In this document: piece by piece, positions 20,605 through 31,822 of the stretch
Position numbering within the stretch: the first letter of the stretch is position 1
Layout of the letters: each line of letters begins with the position of its first letter
NCBI GenBank assembly: GCA_041660605.1
Contig: JBAZWB010000001.1
Span: forward strand, 393,295 to 457,294
Direction of reading: 5' to 3'
DNA length: 64,000 nucleotides
DNA from: Patescibacteria group bacterium
Lineage (GTDB): Bacteria > Patescibacteriota > Patescibacteriia > UBA10025 > JAHIVO01
Position numbers and translations under genes: made by a program
The notes under the pieces: model-generated
Told to the model about the DNA's origin: nothing
Database searches by the model: none
The model's input: the letters and a program-made list of their open reading frames with translations, nothing else

Positions 20605-20955
20605 ATGAATGAGATAAGTGAGTTAGCAAAAAAGATATTAAAATTCCGCGACGACCGGGATTGGGCGCAATACCATAAGCCCAAGGAACTGGCGGTTTCC
20701 ATCAGCATTGAGTCAGCCGAACTGCTGGAAAAATTCCAGTGGGAGCGGAAAAACAAACCGGAATACATTGCCGCCCATCGCCGGGAAATCGGCGAAGAAC
20801 TGGCTGATGTGATGATTTATTCGCTGTTATTGGCAGAGACGCTGGGTTTGGACGTGAAAAAAATCGTGGAAGAAAAGTTAAAGCATAACGAAAAAAAATA
20901 TCCCATTGCTAAGGCAAAAGGCAATGATATTAAATATACCGAACTGCAATCTTAG
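20605..20955 (+). CDS. MazG-like nucleoside triphosphate pyrophosphohydrolase (all-alpha NTP-PPase)
   Basis: EXXE...EELADV pattern typical of the MazG/YpjD family. Confidence 0.65.
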   Translation: MNEISELAKKILKFRDDRDWAQYHKPKELAVSISIESAELLEKFQWERKNKPEYIAAHRREIGEELADVMIYSLLLAETLGLDVKKIVEEKLKHNEKKYPIAKAKGNDIKYTELQS

Positions 20956-21021
20956 TTGTCTGCGGTTTTAATGTGTCGGTATTTTTTATAATCCCGATTT
21001 TTTAAGGCTGATGTTTTACTT

Positions 21022-21039
21022 AAAATATGGTAAAATATT
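21022..21039 (+). promoter_or_regulatory. Extended -10 promoter motif AAATATGGTAAAAT
   Basis: TGgTAAAAT; the same 14-mer recurs at 24546 and 57967. Confidence 0.45.
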
Positions 21040-21042
21040 ATT

Positions 21043-24042
21043 ATGAATATCTCTGATAATTTAAATCTCGCGCAGAAAAAAGCCGTCCAGTTCGGGTCCG
21101 GCCCTCTTTTGATAGTAGCCGGCGCCGGTACCGGGAAAACCACCGTTATTACCCAGCGGCTGGCCTGGCTGATTCTGGAAAAGAAAATCGGCACGGATAA
21201 TATCCTGGCTCTGACTTTTACGGAAAAGGCGGCCTCGGAAATGGAGGAGCGGGTGGATGTGCTCATGCCCTATGGCTATGTGGATTTATGGGTTTCTACT
21301 TTTCATTCTTTTTGTGAAAGAATTCTAAAAGACAATGCCTTGGAGATAGGATTGCCGCCGGACTTCAAATTATTAAACGAAACAGACCAGGTTCTACTGG
21401 TACGGAGGAATTTTGACGCTTTTGATCTGGATTATTACCGGCCGCTGGGGAATCCCACTAAATTCGTCCAGGCCCTGGTCAAGCATTTTTCCCGGGCCAA
21501 GGACGAGAATGTGCAGCCAGAAGAATATTTAGAGTACGCTAAAGGCCTTCAGCTGGACCGGGATGACGATAAATTCGTAAAAAGCCGGGGCGAGGACGAC
21601 CAGGAGATTTCCGAGGAGCAGAGGATTATCGAGGTAGCCAACGCTTATCATGTTTACCAGCAGCTATTATTGGACAACAGCGCACTGGATTTTGGCGATT
21701 TGATTTTATATACCATAAAGCTTTTCAAAAGCCGGCCGAAGATACTGAGAAAATATCAGGACCAGTTTCAATATATTCTAGTTGATGAATTCCAGGATAC
21801 GAATTACGCCCAATATGAGCTGGTCAAAATGCTCTCTGCCCCGAAAAATAACCTGACGGTGGTGGGGGACGACGACCAGTCAATTTATAAATTCCGCGGC
21901 GCGGCTATTTCCAATATTTTGGAATTCAAAAAAGATTATCCTGATTCGCATGAAATCGTCCTGACCGACAACTACCGTTCGCGACAGAACATCCTGGATT
22001 TATCGTATAAATTTATTAAGCAGAACGATCCTAACCGTCTGGAGTATCAGCTTTCTAAGGGTCGTATTGACCCCAAGGGCGCGCCGTTGAAAAGTAAGAT
22101 TTCTAAAAAGTTGAAAGCGCATACAACCGAACCAGGAGCTATATTGCATCTGCATTTCAGGTCATATTTGGAGGAAGCATCGGGCGTCGTGAAAAAGATA
22201 GTTGAGCTTAAGAAAAAAGATAAAAAGTTATTATGGAGCGATTTTGCAATATTAGTCAGAGCTAACGCCAATGCTGCTGAGTTTATAACGGCTTTGGCGC
22301 GATATGACATACCATACCAGTTTTTGGCTTCAAAAGGGCTTTATTCACAGCCGGAAGTGATGGACGTGATTGCTTACCTGAAAATGCTGGATAATTACCA
22401 TGAGTCAGCGGCCATGTGGCGGGTTTTGAATTTAAATCACTGGAATCTGCCGCACCAAGATATAATGACTTTGTCTTATTACGCCCGGCGCAAAAACGTT
22501 TCCCTGCATGAAGCAGCGGAAAAAGCCAGATTAATCCCTGGTGTCAGGCCGGAAATGACCAAAGCGCTGGATAAAATACTTTCTATGATAAAAAACCACA
22601 CCCAGCTGACCAGAGGTAAAGGCGTTTTAGCAGTAGCTTTGCGGTTTATGGAAGATTCAGGGTATTTAAAAAATATTACCAATAAAGATAGCCAGGAGAA
22701 TCTGGAAAAGATAATTCACCTAAACCAATTTTTCCGCAAGATAGAACAGTTTGAGTCTTTGCATGAAGATAAATCAGTAAAAAATTTCATTTCCGAACTG
22801 GAACAGGCGCAGGAAGCAGGGGAGGAGGGTTCAATGCAGCAACCGATAGAAGAGGGACCGGAAGCCGTCAAATTAATGACAGTGCATGGCGCCAAAGGCT
22901 TGGAATTTCATTATGCGTTTTTAGTAAATTTAGTGGATAAGCGTTTCCCGACTATCGAACGCAAGGAGCAGATAGAACTGCCGGATAAATTAATCAAAGA
23001 AATCATTCCGGAAGGGGACATCCATCTGCAGGAAGAACGCCGGCTTTTTTACGTAGGCGTGACGCGGGCTAAAACCGGGGTGTTCTTCACTTCAGCCGAC
23101 GATTACGGCGGCAACCGCAAGAAAAAACCGTCACGCTTTTTAATAGAATTGGGTTTAGTCACCAAGCGGGGAGCAGAAGAGTTGGATCCGGCAGAGCGGT
23201 TGCGGCCGGCACCCGCCACCCAGCGAGAAATTAAAGAGCTGGAATACCTGCAAAAAGCCATTCCGGAGAAGGCCAGCTTTACCCAGATAAAAGCCTTCCA
23301 GACCTGCCCCAAGCAGTATAAGTTCGCACATATCCTGCGCGTACCGGTGGAAGGCAAGCATACTTTCAGTTTCGGCAAATCCATGCACAATACTTTGTAC
23401 CAGTTCTTTAAACAGATAAAAGAAGGCGGTTCAGCGGAGCAGGCGGATTTATTCGAGCAGAAAAAATCTAAGTCAAAAAAAATCAGCGTTAGCTTGGAGC
23501 AGCTTTTGGAAATTTATCAGCGTGAGTGGATCGATGAGTGGTACCTGTCCAAGGAGCATATGGATGAATATTTCCATAAAGGCAAGGAAACTCTGGGCAA
23601 TTTTTACCAATCGCACCAGGGCAAGTTTTCCAAGCCCTTGCATCTGGAAAAAGGCTTTAATATAAAATTAGGCAATTACTCGCTCAGAGGCGTGATCGAC
23701 AGGATTGATGAAATTAAAAAAGGCGAAGTGGAAATTATTGATTATAAGACCGGGCAGTTCCCTAAAAACGGTAAGCTTTCACCTGACGAAAAAGAGCAGC
23801 TGATGATTTATGATCTGGCGGTCAGGGAAGTCATGAAACTGAAACCGGTGGTTTTAAGTTATTATTATCTGGAAGCCAATAAAAAATTGTCATTTAGTTC
23901 CGGCGAAGGGGAGTTGGTGAAAATTAAAGATAAACTGATTGAATTAATCAAAGGCATCAGGGCCAGCGATTTCAGAGCCACACCGGGTTTTTGGTGCCAG
24001 TCGTGCGATTTCCGGGAGATCTGCGAGGATCGGTGGAGGTAA
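21043..24042 (+). CDS. UvrD/PcrA-type SF1 helicase fused to a C-terminal PD-(D/E)xK nuclease with an Fe-S-like Cys cluster (AddA-like)
   Basis: GAGTGKT Walker A; VDEFQDTN motif II; C-terminal IDRIDE...IDYKTG nuclease motifs; CQSCDFREIC. Confidence 0.85.
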   Translation: MNISDNLNLAQKKAVQFGSGPLLIVAGAGTGKTTVITQRLAWLILEKKIGTDNILALTFTEKAASEMEERVDVLMPYGYVDLWVSTFHSFCERILKDNALEIGLPPDFKLLNETDQVLLVRRNFDAFDLDYYRPLGNPTKFVQALVKHFSRAKDENVQPEEYLEYAKGLQLDRDDDKFVKSRGEDDQEISEEQRIIEVANAYHVYQQLLLDNSALDFGDLILYTIKLFKSRPKILRKYQDQFQYILVDEFQDTNYAQYELVKMLSAPKNNLTVVGDDDQSIYKFRGAAISNILEFKKDYPDSHEIVLTDNYRSRQNILDLSYKFIKQNDPNRLEYQLSKGRIDPKGAPLKSKISKKLKAHTTEPGAILHLHFRSYLEEASGVVKKIVELKKKDKKLLWSDFAILVRANANAAEFITALARYDIPYQFLASKGLYSQPEVMDVIAYLKMLDNYHESAAMWRVLNLNHWNLPHQDIMTLSYYARRKNVSLHEAAEKARLIPGVRPEMTKALDKILSMIKNHTQLTRGKGVLAVALRFMEDSGYLKNITNKDSQENLEKIIHLNQFFRKIEQFESLHEDKSVKNFISELEQAQEAGEEGSMQQPIEEGPEAVKLMTVHGAKGLEFHYAFLVNLVDKRFPTIERKEQIELPDKLIKEIIPEGDIHLQEERRLFYVGVTRAKTGVFFTSADDYGGNRKKKPSRFLIELGLVTKRGAEELDPAERLRPAPATQREIKELEYLQKAIPEKASFTQIKAFQTCPKQYKFAHILRVPVEGKHTFSFGKSMHNTLYQFFKQIKEGGSAEQADLFEQKKSKSKKISVSLEQLLEIYQREWIDEWYLSKEHMDEYFHKGKETLGNFYQSHQGKFSKPLHLEKGFNIKLGNYSLRGVIDRIDEIKKGEVEIIDYKTGQFPKNGKLSPDEKEQLMIYDLAVREVMKLKPVVLSYYYLEANKKLSFSSGEGELVKIKDKLIELIKGIRASDFRATPGFWCQSCDFREICEDRWR

Positions 24043-24195
24043 TTACTAAGGTCATAGGTTGTAAGTTTTAAGAAAAAAGTATAGATTTAAGTTTAAGGGC
24101 ATAAGTCACTTTTATTAAATCCTAAAACTTAAGACTTACTTCCTTGCGTTCTTCTTTAAACCTACAACTTGTAACTTTTCTCAATAACATTAAAA

Positions 24196-24489
24196 ATGGC
24201 TCAACAAATCGGTAATTTATTAGGCAATAGCATAAACCAGGCGGGGATTTCGGCTCAGGTCGGGGCGGCTATTGTATGCAACGATTTTGACCGGATTCTT
24301 TTGGAGACTTTGGGGCAAAAGATTAAGAAAAATGCCAAGGCTTTGTACGTAAAAAATCGGACTTTGACTATCGCGGTTTTGAGCTCAATTGTGGGTCAGG
24401 AGATCAAATTGCATGAGCAGGAAATACTGGAAAAATTGCATAAAAAACCATCAGGTAAAACCGTAGAAAGACTGCGTTTTTTAGTGTGA
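24196..24489 (+). CDS. DUF721-like small protein
   Basis: Size and C-terminal pattern (TLTIAVLSSIVGQEIKLHEQEILEKL) resemble DUF721. Confidence 0.35.
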   Translation: MAQQIGNLLGNSINQAGISAQVGAAIVCNDFDRILLETLGQKIKKNAKALYVKNRTLTIAVLSSIVGQEIKLHEQEILEKLHKKPSGKTVERLRFLV

Positions 24490-24545
24490 TTTTTTGTCTA
24501 ACCTTAGCCTAAAAATTAACTTATTATTTTCCTTGCAGTTAAATT

Positions 24546-24562
24546 AAAAATATGGTAAAATG
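24546..24562 (+). promoter_or_regulatory. Extended -10 promoter motif AAATATGGTAAAAT followed by a 5-prime-UTR hairpin
   Basis: Identical 14-mer; gtagg-ttttgaagc-ctac-tttttt hairpin immediately downstream. Confidence 0.4.
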
Positions 24563-24604
24563 AGGTAGGTTTTGAAGCCTACTTTTTTGTAAATATCAGA
24601 CTAA

Positions 24605-24988
24605 ATGTCCCTGAAAAAATACTTAATCTTAATGACCTCGGCCACTTTTTTATGCTGGCTGGCCTGGCTACTAGTGCTGTTTTATTTTAATCCTGATGAA
24701 GCAGGCTTTGTCGGTTTTTTTCTGTTTCATTTCAGTTTGTTATTGGCATTAATAGGCACTTTTTCATTAATCGGTTTTTTCTGCCGCGTCTGGTTCACCA
24801 AAGAACAGGTGATTTTTCGGCATTTAGGCATTTCCACCCGTCAGTCGCTCTGGTTTGCCTTATTGCTGGTTAGCGCGTTAATTCTAAAAGGAGCGGAATA
24901 TTTTCGCTGGTGGAGCATTTTATTGATTATTATCATGCTGGGCCTATTGGAGTTTTTCTTTTTATCCCGGAGAACATCCAGGCATTAA
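24605..24988 (+). CDS. Hypothetical polytopic membrane protein
   Basis: Four hydrophobic helices; 127 aa. Confidence 0.45.
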   Translation: MSLKKYLILMTSATFLCWLAWLLVLFYFNPDEAGFVGFFLFHFSLLLALIGTFSLIGFFCRVWFTKEQVIFRHLGISTRQSLWFALLLVSALILKGAEYFRWWSILLIIIMLGLLEFFFLSRRTSRH

Positions 24989-24992
24989 CATT

Positions 24993-26003
24993 ATGAAAGA
25001 CAAATTATTACAATTAAAGAATAAGGCCATCAGCCTGCTAGAAAAAATATCCAGCCAGGAAGAATTGAAGCAGTTTGAAATTAATTTCTTCGGCCGTAAG
25101 GGCGAGCTGGCCAATCTGATGAAAAACCTGAAAGATCTGCCGCAAAATGAACGTCCGGCAGCAGGGCAAATGGCTAATCGGGTTAAATCAGAAATACTGC
25201 AGGCTTTTCAGGAACGCAGTTCACGGTTCGCATCAGCGGAAAAGATAAATGTTTCTAAAATAGAAAAAACCTGGCCGGCTCCGAAGAAAAATATCGGCCA
25301 TCTGCATCCCTTAACCCAATTTATAAAAAAAGTAGAAGATATATTTATCTCCATGGGATTTGAGATTGTTGATGGCCCGGAAGCGGAGACGGTTAGAAAT
25401 AATTTTGATTTATTAAATATCCCAAAAAACCACCCGGCGCGCGACGCCTGGGACACTTACTATCTAGAAGGCGGCTGGCTGCTGCGGACCCACACTTCGC
25501 CGGTACAGCTGCACGCCATGGAAAAAAGAAAGCCACCAGTGCGATTGATAGCGCCCGGCCGCGCGTTTCGCCATGAAGCCACGGATGCTTCCCATGAAAC
25601 GACTTTTTACCAGTGCGAAGGGCTGGTCATTGACCAGTGCATTTCCGTGGCTAATTTAATAAATACGCTGGAGGAATTTCTAAAAGCCATTTTTGGTAAT
25701 AAAGTTAAAATACGCGTGCGGCCGGAATTTTATCCGTTTGTCGAGCCGGGTCTGGATGTGGATATGCAGTGCCTGATTTGCGGCGGCAAGGGTTGTTCGG
25801 TTTGCAAGCAGAGAGGGTGGTTGGAGATGCTGGGTTCGGGCATGGTACATCCGGTGGTTCTGGAAAATATGGGCGTTGATCCGGAAAAATATTCAGGCTA
25901 CGCTTTTGGCCTCGGCATTGATCGCCTGATGATGCTGTATCACGGCATTAATGATATTCGGCTGTCGTATTCGGGGGACTTGAGATTTATTGAGCAGTTT
26001 TAG
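24993..26003 (+). CDS. pheS: Phenylalanine--tRNA ligase alpha subunit, with a Cys4 insertion (CLICGGKGCSVCKQ)
   Basis: Class II aaRS motifs (FRHEATDASHETTFYQCEG, GLGIDRL). Confidence 0.9.
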   Translation: MKDKLLQLKNKAISLLEKISSQEELKQFEINFFGRKGELANLMKNLKDLPQNERPAAGQMANRVKSEILQAFQERSSRFASAEKINVSKIEKTWPAPKKNIGHLHPLTQFIKKVEDIFISMGFEIVDGPEAETVRNNFDLLNIPKNHPARDAWDTYYLEGGWLLRTHTSPVQLHAMEKRKPPVRLIAPGRAFRHEATDASHETTFYQCEGLVIDQCISVANLINTLEEFLKAIFGNKVKIRVRPEFYPFVEPGLDVDMQCLICGGKGCSVCKQRGWLEMLGSGMVHPVVLENMGVDPEKYSGYAFGLGIDRLMMLYHGINDIRLSYSGDLRFIEQF

Positions 26004-26055
26004 TTTAGTAGGTGGTGGGTAGTAAGTTGTGAGTAGTAGGTAGGAGGTGGCTAGT
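26004..26055 (+). repeat. GT-rich dispersed repeat (GGGTAGTAAGTTGTGAGTAGTAGGTAGG), forward copy
   Basis: Similar 20-nt motif at 8656, 14199 and 24048, and inverted at 26439. Confidence 0.55.
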
Positions 26056-26078
26056 TAAATAAAGATTAATAATTACAC

Positions 26079-26438
26079 ATGGCAAAAAGTTTTGAAAATT
26101 TAACGATTTGGAAGGATGGAATAAGCTTATCAGGTTTAATTTATTTAGAAACAAAAAAATTTCCAAAAGAAGAATTATATGGTTTAACTTCTCAGATTAG
26201 AAGGGCAATAATTTCAGTACCATCCAATATTGCCGAAGGAGCCGGCAGATCATCACAGAAAGAATTTATAAGATTCATAAATATATCTTTAGGTTCGTTA
26301 AATGAGGTGGAGAGTTTATTGCATGTTGCCTTGGAGCTTAAATATTTAGAAATTAATGATTTCAATATTATAAAAGAAAGGGTAATAAAGTTAGGTGCTT
26401 CAATAGGCGCTTTTAAAAAGCATTTAGCGCAAGTTTAA
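26079..26438 (+). CDS. Four-helix-bundle protein (23S rRNA intervening-sequence protein family), inserted between pheS and pheT
   Basis: Characteristic sequence (LTSQIRRAIISVPSNIAEG...SLGSLNEVESLL). Confidence 0.85.
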   Translation: MAKSFENLTIWKDGISLSGLIYLETKKFPKEELYGLTSQIRRAIISVPSNIAEGAGRSSQKEFIRFINISLGSLNEVESLLHVALELKYLEINDFNIIKERVIKLGASIGAFKKHLAQV

Positions 26439-26472
26439 CAAACTACTTACTACTAACTACCTACAACTTACC
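26439..26472 (-). repeat. GT-rich dispersed repeat, inverted copy (reverse complement ggtaagttgtaggtagttagtagtaagtag)
   Basis: With the 26004 copy it forms an inverted pair flanking the four-helix-bundle gene. Confidence 0.55.
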
Positions 26473-28812
26473 ATGTATCTTCCCCTTAACTGGCTAAAAG
26501 AATTCATAAAATTCAAGGAAACGCCTGAAAAAGTCGCGGAGATTTTTACGCTGGCCGGCTTTGAAGTGGAAAAAATAGAATATTGGGGACGCGATTTAGC
26601 CGGCGTCATCGTCGGTGAAATAAAAACCATTGTTTCGCACGCCGAGGCTGACAAGCTGGTGGTCTGCAAGGTTGAAGTGGGGCGCAAGCAGCTTTTGAAT
26701 ATTGTCTGCGGCGCCCGCAATATAAAACCAGGACACAAGGTTCCAGTCGCCCTGGTTGGCGTGAAACTGCCCAATGGCATGAAAATAGAACGGCGCCGCA
26801 TCCGAGGCGTGGATTCCGAAGGCATGCTCTGCGCTGAGGATGAGCTGGGCCTGGGCGAAGACCATTCAGGCATCATGATATTGGATAAACAGGCGAAAGT
26901 CGGGCAGAAGCTGAACAAGGTTTTAGGGCTGGACGATATTGTCCTGGATATCACAGTTCCGGCTAACCGTGTTGATTGCTTATCAGTAATTGGCCTGGCT
27001 AAGGAATTCGCCGCGCAGACCGGCGAGGCTTTAAATATTAAAAAAACCGTTTTAACCGAGAACAAAAAGTATAATATCAAAAAGATAATCAAAGTTAAAA
27101 TCACTGATACGGATTTATGCCCGAAATATACCGCGCGGGTCGTTAAAAACGTCAAAGTCCGTCCGTCGCCGGTCTGGCTGCAGTCGCGCTTGCGGGTTTG
27201 CGGCATTAAATCCATTAACAATATAGTTGACGCTACCAATTACGTGATGCTGGAGCGCGGGCAGCCATTGCATGCTTTTGATCTGGCCAATATCGCCGGC
27301 AAGCAGATAATCGTCAGAGCTGCCGGCAAAGATTCAAAGTTTGCCACACTGGACGGTGAAGAGCGTTTGCTGGGCAGCCAGATGCTGGTCATCGCTGATG
27401 CCAAACAGCCAATCGCTGTGGCCGGTGTGATGGGCGGTAGGAATTCAGAAATAACCAGGCAAACCAAGGAGATTGTCATTGAGTCAGCGCTTTTCAAACC
27501 ACTGTCAATCCGCCAGACCCGTCAGAAACTGGGGATTGTCACGGAGGCTTCCAATAGATTTGAAAAAGGCCTATGGTGGGATTTGCCGGAGTGGGCGGCT
27601 GATCAGGCGGCGCAGTTGATATCAGAGGTGGCCGGCGGGGAAATTGTCACTGGCATGATTAACGTTTCCAGGCAAAAAGAGAACAAGCCGACTGTTATAA
27701 AATTTAATTTAAAATATTTAAACCGTTTGATCGGCAGAAATTTCACTTTAGCTGAAGCAATCAAGTCTCTGGAAAAATTAAACTGCAAAATCGCTAAAGC
27801 CGGAATTGACGAAATTAAAGTTACCGTACCTTCCTGGCGGCAGGATCTGAATATACCCGCTGATTTGGTTGAGGAAGTCGGTAGATTATATGGATGGAAC
27901 AATTTAAAAACAACGCCGGTATTTGCCGGGTTAAAACCAATTCAGCTGCCTGACGCATTGAAATTCCAAGAAAAAATTCACAATATTCTGGCCGCTGCCG
28001 GTTTGAACGAAGTTTATAATTATTCTTTTTATAGTAAGAGGATGATAGAGCAATTTGGAATGCAGAAAGCCGGGCATTATTTAGTACAGAATCCGCTGAA
28101 TCCCGAGCAGGAGTATATGCGGACTGCGCTCCTGCCTTGGCTTCAGAGTAATGTTTTGAAAAACTATCAAACCCGTGAAGAAATAAAAATATTTGAGATA
28201 GGAACGGTTTTCCCAAAATCCGGCACTGGTTTGCCAAACGAAAAAACCATGCTGGGTGCAATAATATACAAGAAAGGCAAAGCTGAGGGCAAGAAAAGCG
28301 CGCATTGGGAGATGATGTCGGTTTTGAATTCCGTTTTGTCCGGCGTGGGATTTTCTGAGGAGGAAGCATGTTATCAGGATAAGGATAATGGCGCGGTGGA
28401 GATCAAAATAAAAGGCAGTAAAGTAGGGCAATATTCCTGGGTTTTACCAGAGAGCAACAAACTGGGCAGTCCGCCGGTTTATTTTGAGCTGGATTTGCAG
28501 GCATTGCTCGGGCTGTCAAAAAAATTAAGCACCTTCCGGCCGATTTCCGATTATCCGGCCGTTACCCGAGATTTAACATTTACCAACATCAGTCAGGCGG
28601 ATTTTGCCGAGCTCAGCGGGTTAATAAGAAAGGCGAGTCCATTAGTGAAAAAAGTTGAAGCCAAGGATTTGTACATTACCGGCGACAGCCTGACAGTGCG
28701 CGTAATTTATCAGTCTTCCGAACGCACCCTGACAGCCAAGGAGATTGACATTCTTGAGAATGAAATTATTAAAAATTTGTCAGCCGCATTTGATTTAAGA
28801 ATAAAAAAGTAA
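26473..28812 (+). CDS. pheT: Phenylalanine--tRNA ligase beta subunit
   Basis: N-terminal tRNA-binding (Myf) domain and the B3/4, B5 and anticodon-binding domain order over 779 aa. Confidence 0.9.
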   Translation: MYLPLNWLKEFIKFKETPEKVAEIFTLAGFEVEKIEYWGRDLAGVIVGEIKTIVSHAEADKLVVCKVEVGRKQLLNIVCGARNIKPGHKVPVALVGVKLPNGMKIERRRIRGVDSEGMLCAEDELGLGEDHSGIMILDKQAKVGQKLNKVLGLDDIVLDITVPANRVDCLSVIGLAKEFAAQTGEALNIKKTVLTENKKYNIKKIIKVKITDTDLCPKYTARVVKNVKVRPSPVWLQSRLRVCGIKSINNIVDATNYVMLERGQPLHAFDLANIAGKQIIVRAAGKDSKFATLDGEERLLGSQMLVIADAKQPIAVAGVMGGRNSEITRQTKEIVIESALFKPLSIRQTRQKLGIVTEASNRFEKGLWWDLPEWAADQAAQLISEVAGGEIVTGMINVSRQKENKPTVIKFNLKYLNRLIGRNFTLAEAIKSLEKLNCKIAKAGIDEIKVTVPSWRQDLNIPADLVEEVGRLYGWNNLKTTPVFAGLKPIQLPDALKFQEKIHNILAAAGLNEVYNYSFYSKRMIEQFGMQKAGHYLVQNPLNPEQEYMRTALLPWLQSNVLKNYQTREEIKIFEIGTVFPKSGTGLPNEKTMLGAIIYKKGKAEGKKSAHWEMMSVLNSVLSGVGFSEEEACYQDKDNGAVEIKIKGSKVGQYSWVLPESNKLGSPPVYFELDLQALLGLSKKLSTFRPISDYPAVTRDLTFTNISQADFAELSGLIRKASPLVKKVEAKDLYITGDSLTVRVIYQSSERTLTAKEIDILENEIIKNLSAAFDLRIKK

Positions 28813-28824
28813 AATTAATAATAA

Positions 28825-30897
<2,073 letters not shown>

Positions 30898-31087
30898 CAG
30901 GTAGCTTATTGCCTATGGCATATAGTGGGGAAGAGGTGATTTTTAAAGAAAGCTTGTCCGTAAATTTATAAAATCATTAACCATAAGCTATATACTATAA
31001 GCTATTTGCAAATACATTTGACAAAATTTAGGGACTGTAGTAGCATTTATTCAGTCCCCCAGAAGGGGATTTTAAAGACCAAAAAAT

Positions 31088-31273
31088 ATGGCAAACAGGA
31101 TAGTTGCGTATATAAAAGAATCAAGGGACGAGCTGAAAAAGGTTGTCTGGCCTTCACGCAAAGAAACTATTAAATATACCTTACTGGTTATCGGTATCAG
31201 CCTGGGTACGGCTTTGTTTTTGGGTGCGGTCGATTTTGGGCTGAATATTGTTTTAGAAAAGGTAATAAAGTAA
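31088..31273 (+). CDS. secE: Preprotein translocase subunit SecE
   Basis: 61 aa with a single C-terminal TM; conserved position before nusG. Confidence 0.8.
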   Translation: MANRIVAYIKESRDELKKVVWPSRKETIKYTLLVIGISLGTALFLGAVDFGLNIVLEKVIK

Positions 31274-31276
31274 TTT

Positions 31277-31822
31277 ATGCCTAAACAGACATTACAGCAG
31301 GGGCGCCGTTGGTATGTATTACATACCTATTCAGGCTATGAGGAAAATGTTTCCCGGAACCTGCGTCAGAGGATAGAATCAATGGATATGCAAGACAAGA
31401 TATTCAGTGTTTTGATACCCACCGAAAAGAAAATTAAAATCAGGAACGGCAAACGCCGGGTAGTGACAGAAAAAATATTTCCTGGATATGTACTGGTGGA
31501 GATGATCGTCACTGACGATTCCTGGTATGTGGTGCGCAACACTCCTAATGTGACTGGTTTCGTCGGCTCTGGTACGACTCCTACCCCTATTTCAGATGAG
31601 GAAGTCAAAGCCATCCAGAAGCGCATGGGCGTGGAAGAGCCGAAATATAAGATAGACGTCACTCCTGGTTCGCCGGTTAAAATAATCGATGGGCCTTTCA
31701 AGGAATTTGAAGGCAAGGTATCTGAAGTTGATGAAGCGCGCGGCAAGGTCAAAGTACTGGTTTCTGTCTTCGGCCGTGAAACGCCGGTGGAGTTAGACTT
31801 TCTGCAGATTAAGAAGATTTAA
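31277..31822 (+). CDS. nusG: Transcription termination/antitermination factor NusG
   Basis: NGN domain (WYVLHTYSGYE) and C-terminal KOW motif. Confidence 0.9.
   Translation: MPKQTLQQGRRWYVLHTYSGYEENVSRNLRQRIESMDMQDKIFSVLIPTEKKIKIRNGKRRVVTEKIFPGYVLVEMIVTDDSWYVVRNTPNVTGFVGSGTTPTPISDEEVKAIQKRMGVEEPKYKIDVTPGSPVKIIDGPFKEFEGKVSEVDEARGKVKVLVSVFGRETPVELDFLQIKKI

Noticed and set aside
26457-27239. 260-aa minus-strand ORF inside pheT, rich in Ser/Thr/Pro
   Set aside because: It is entirely antisense to a highly conserved pheT region. Its composition is typical of a shadow ORF, and it has no start context.
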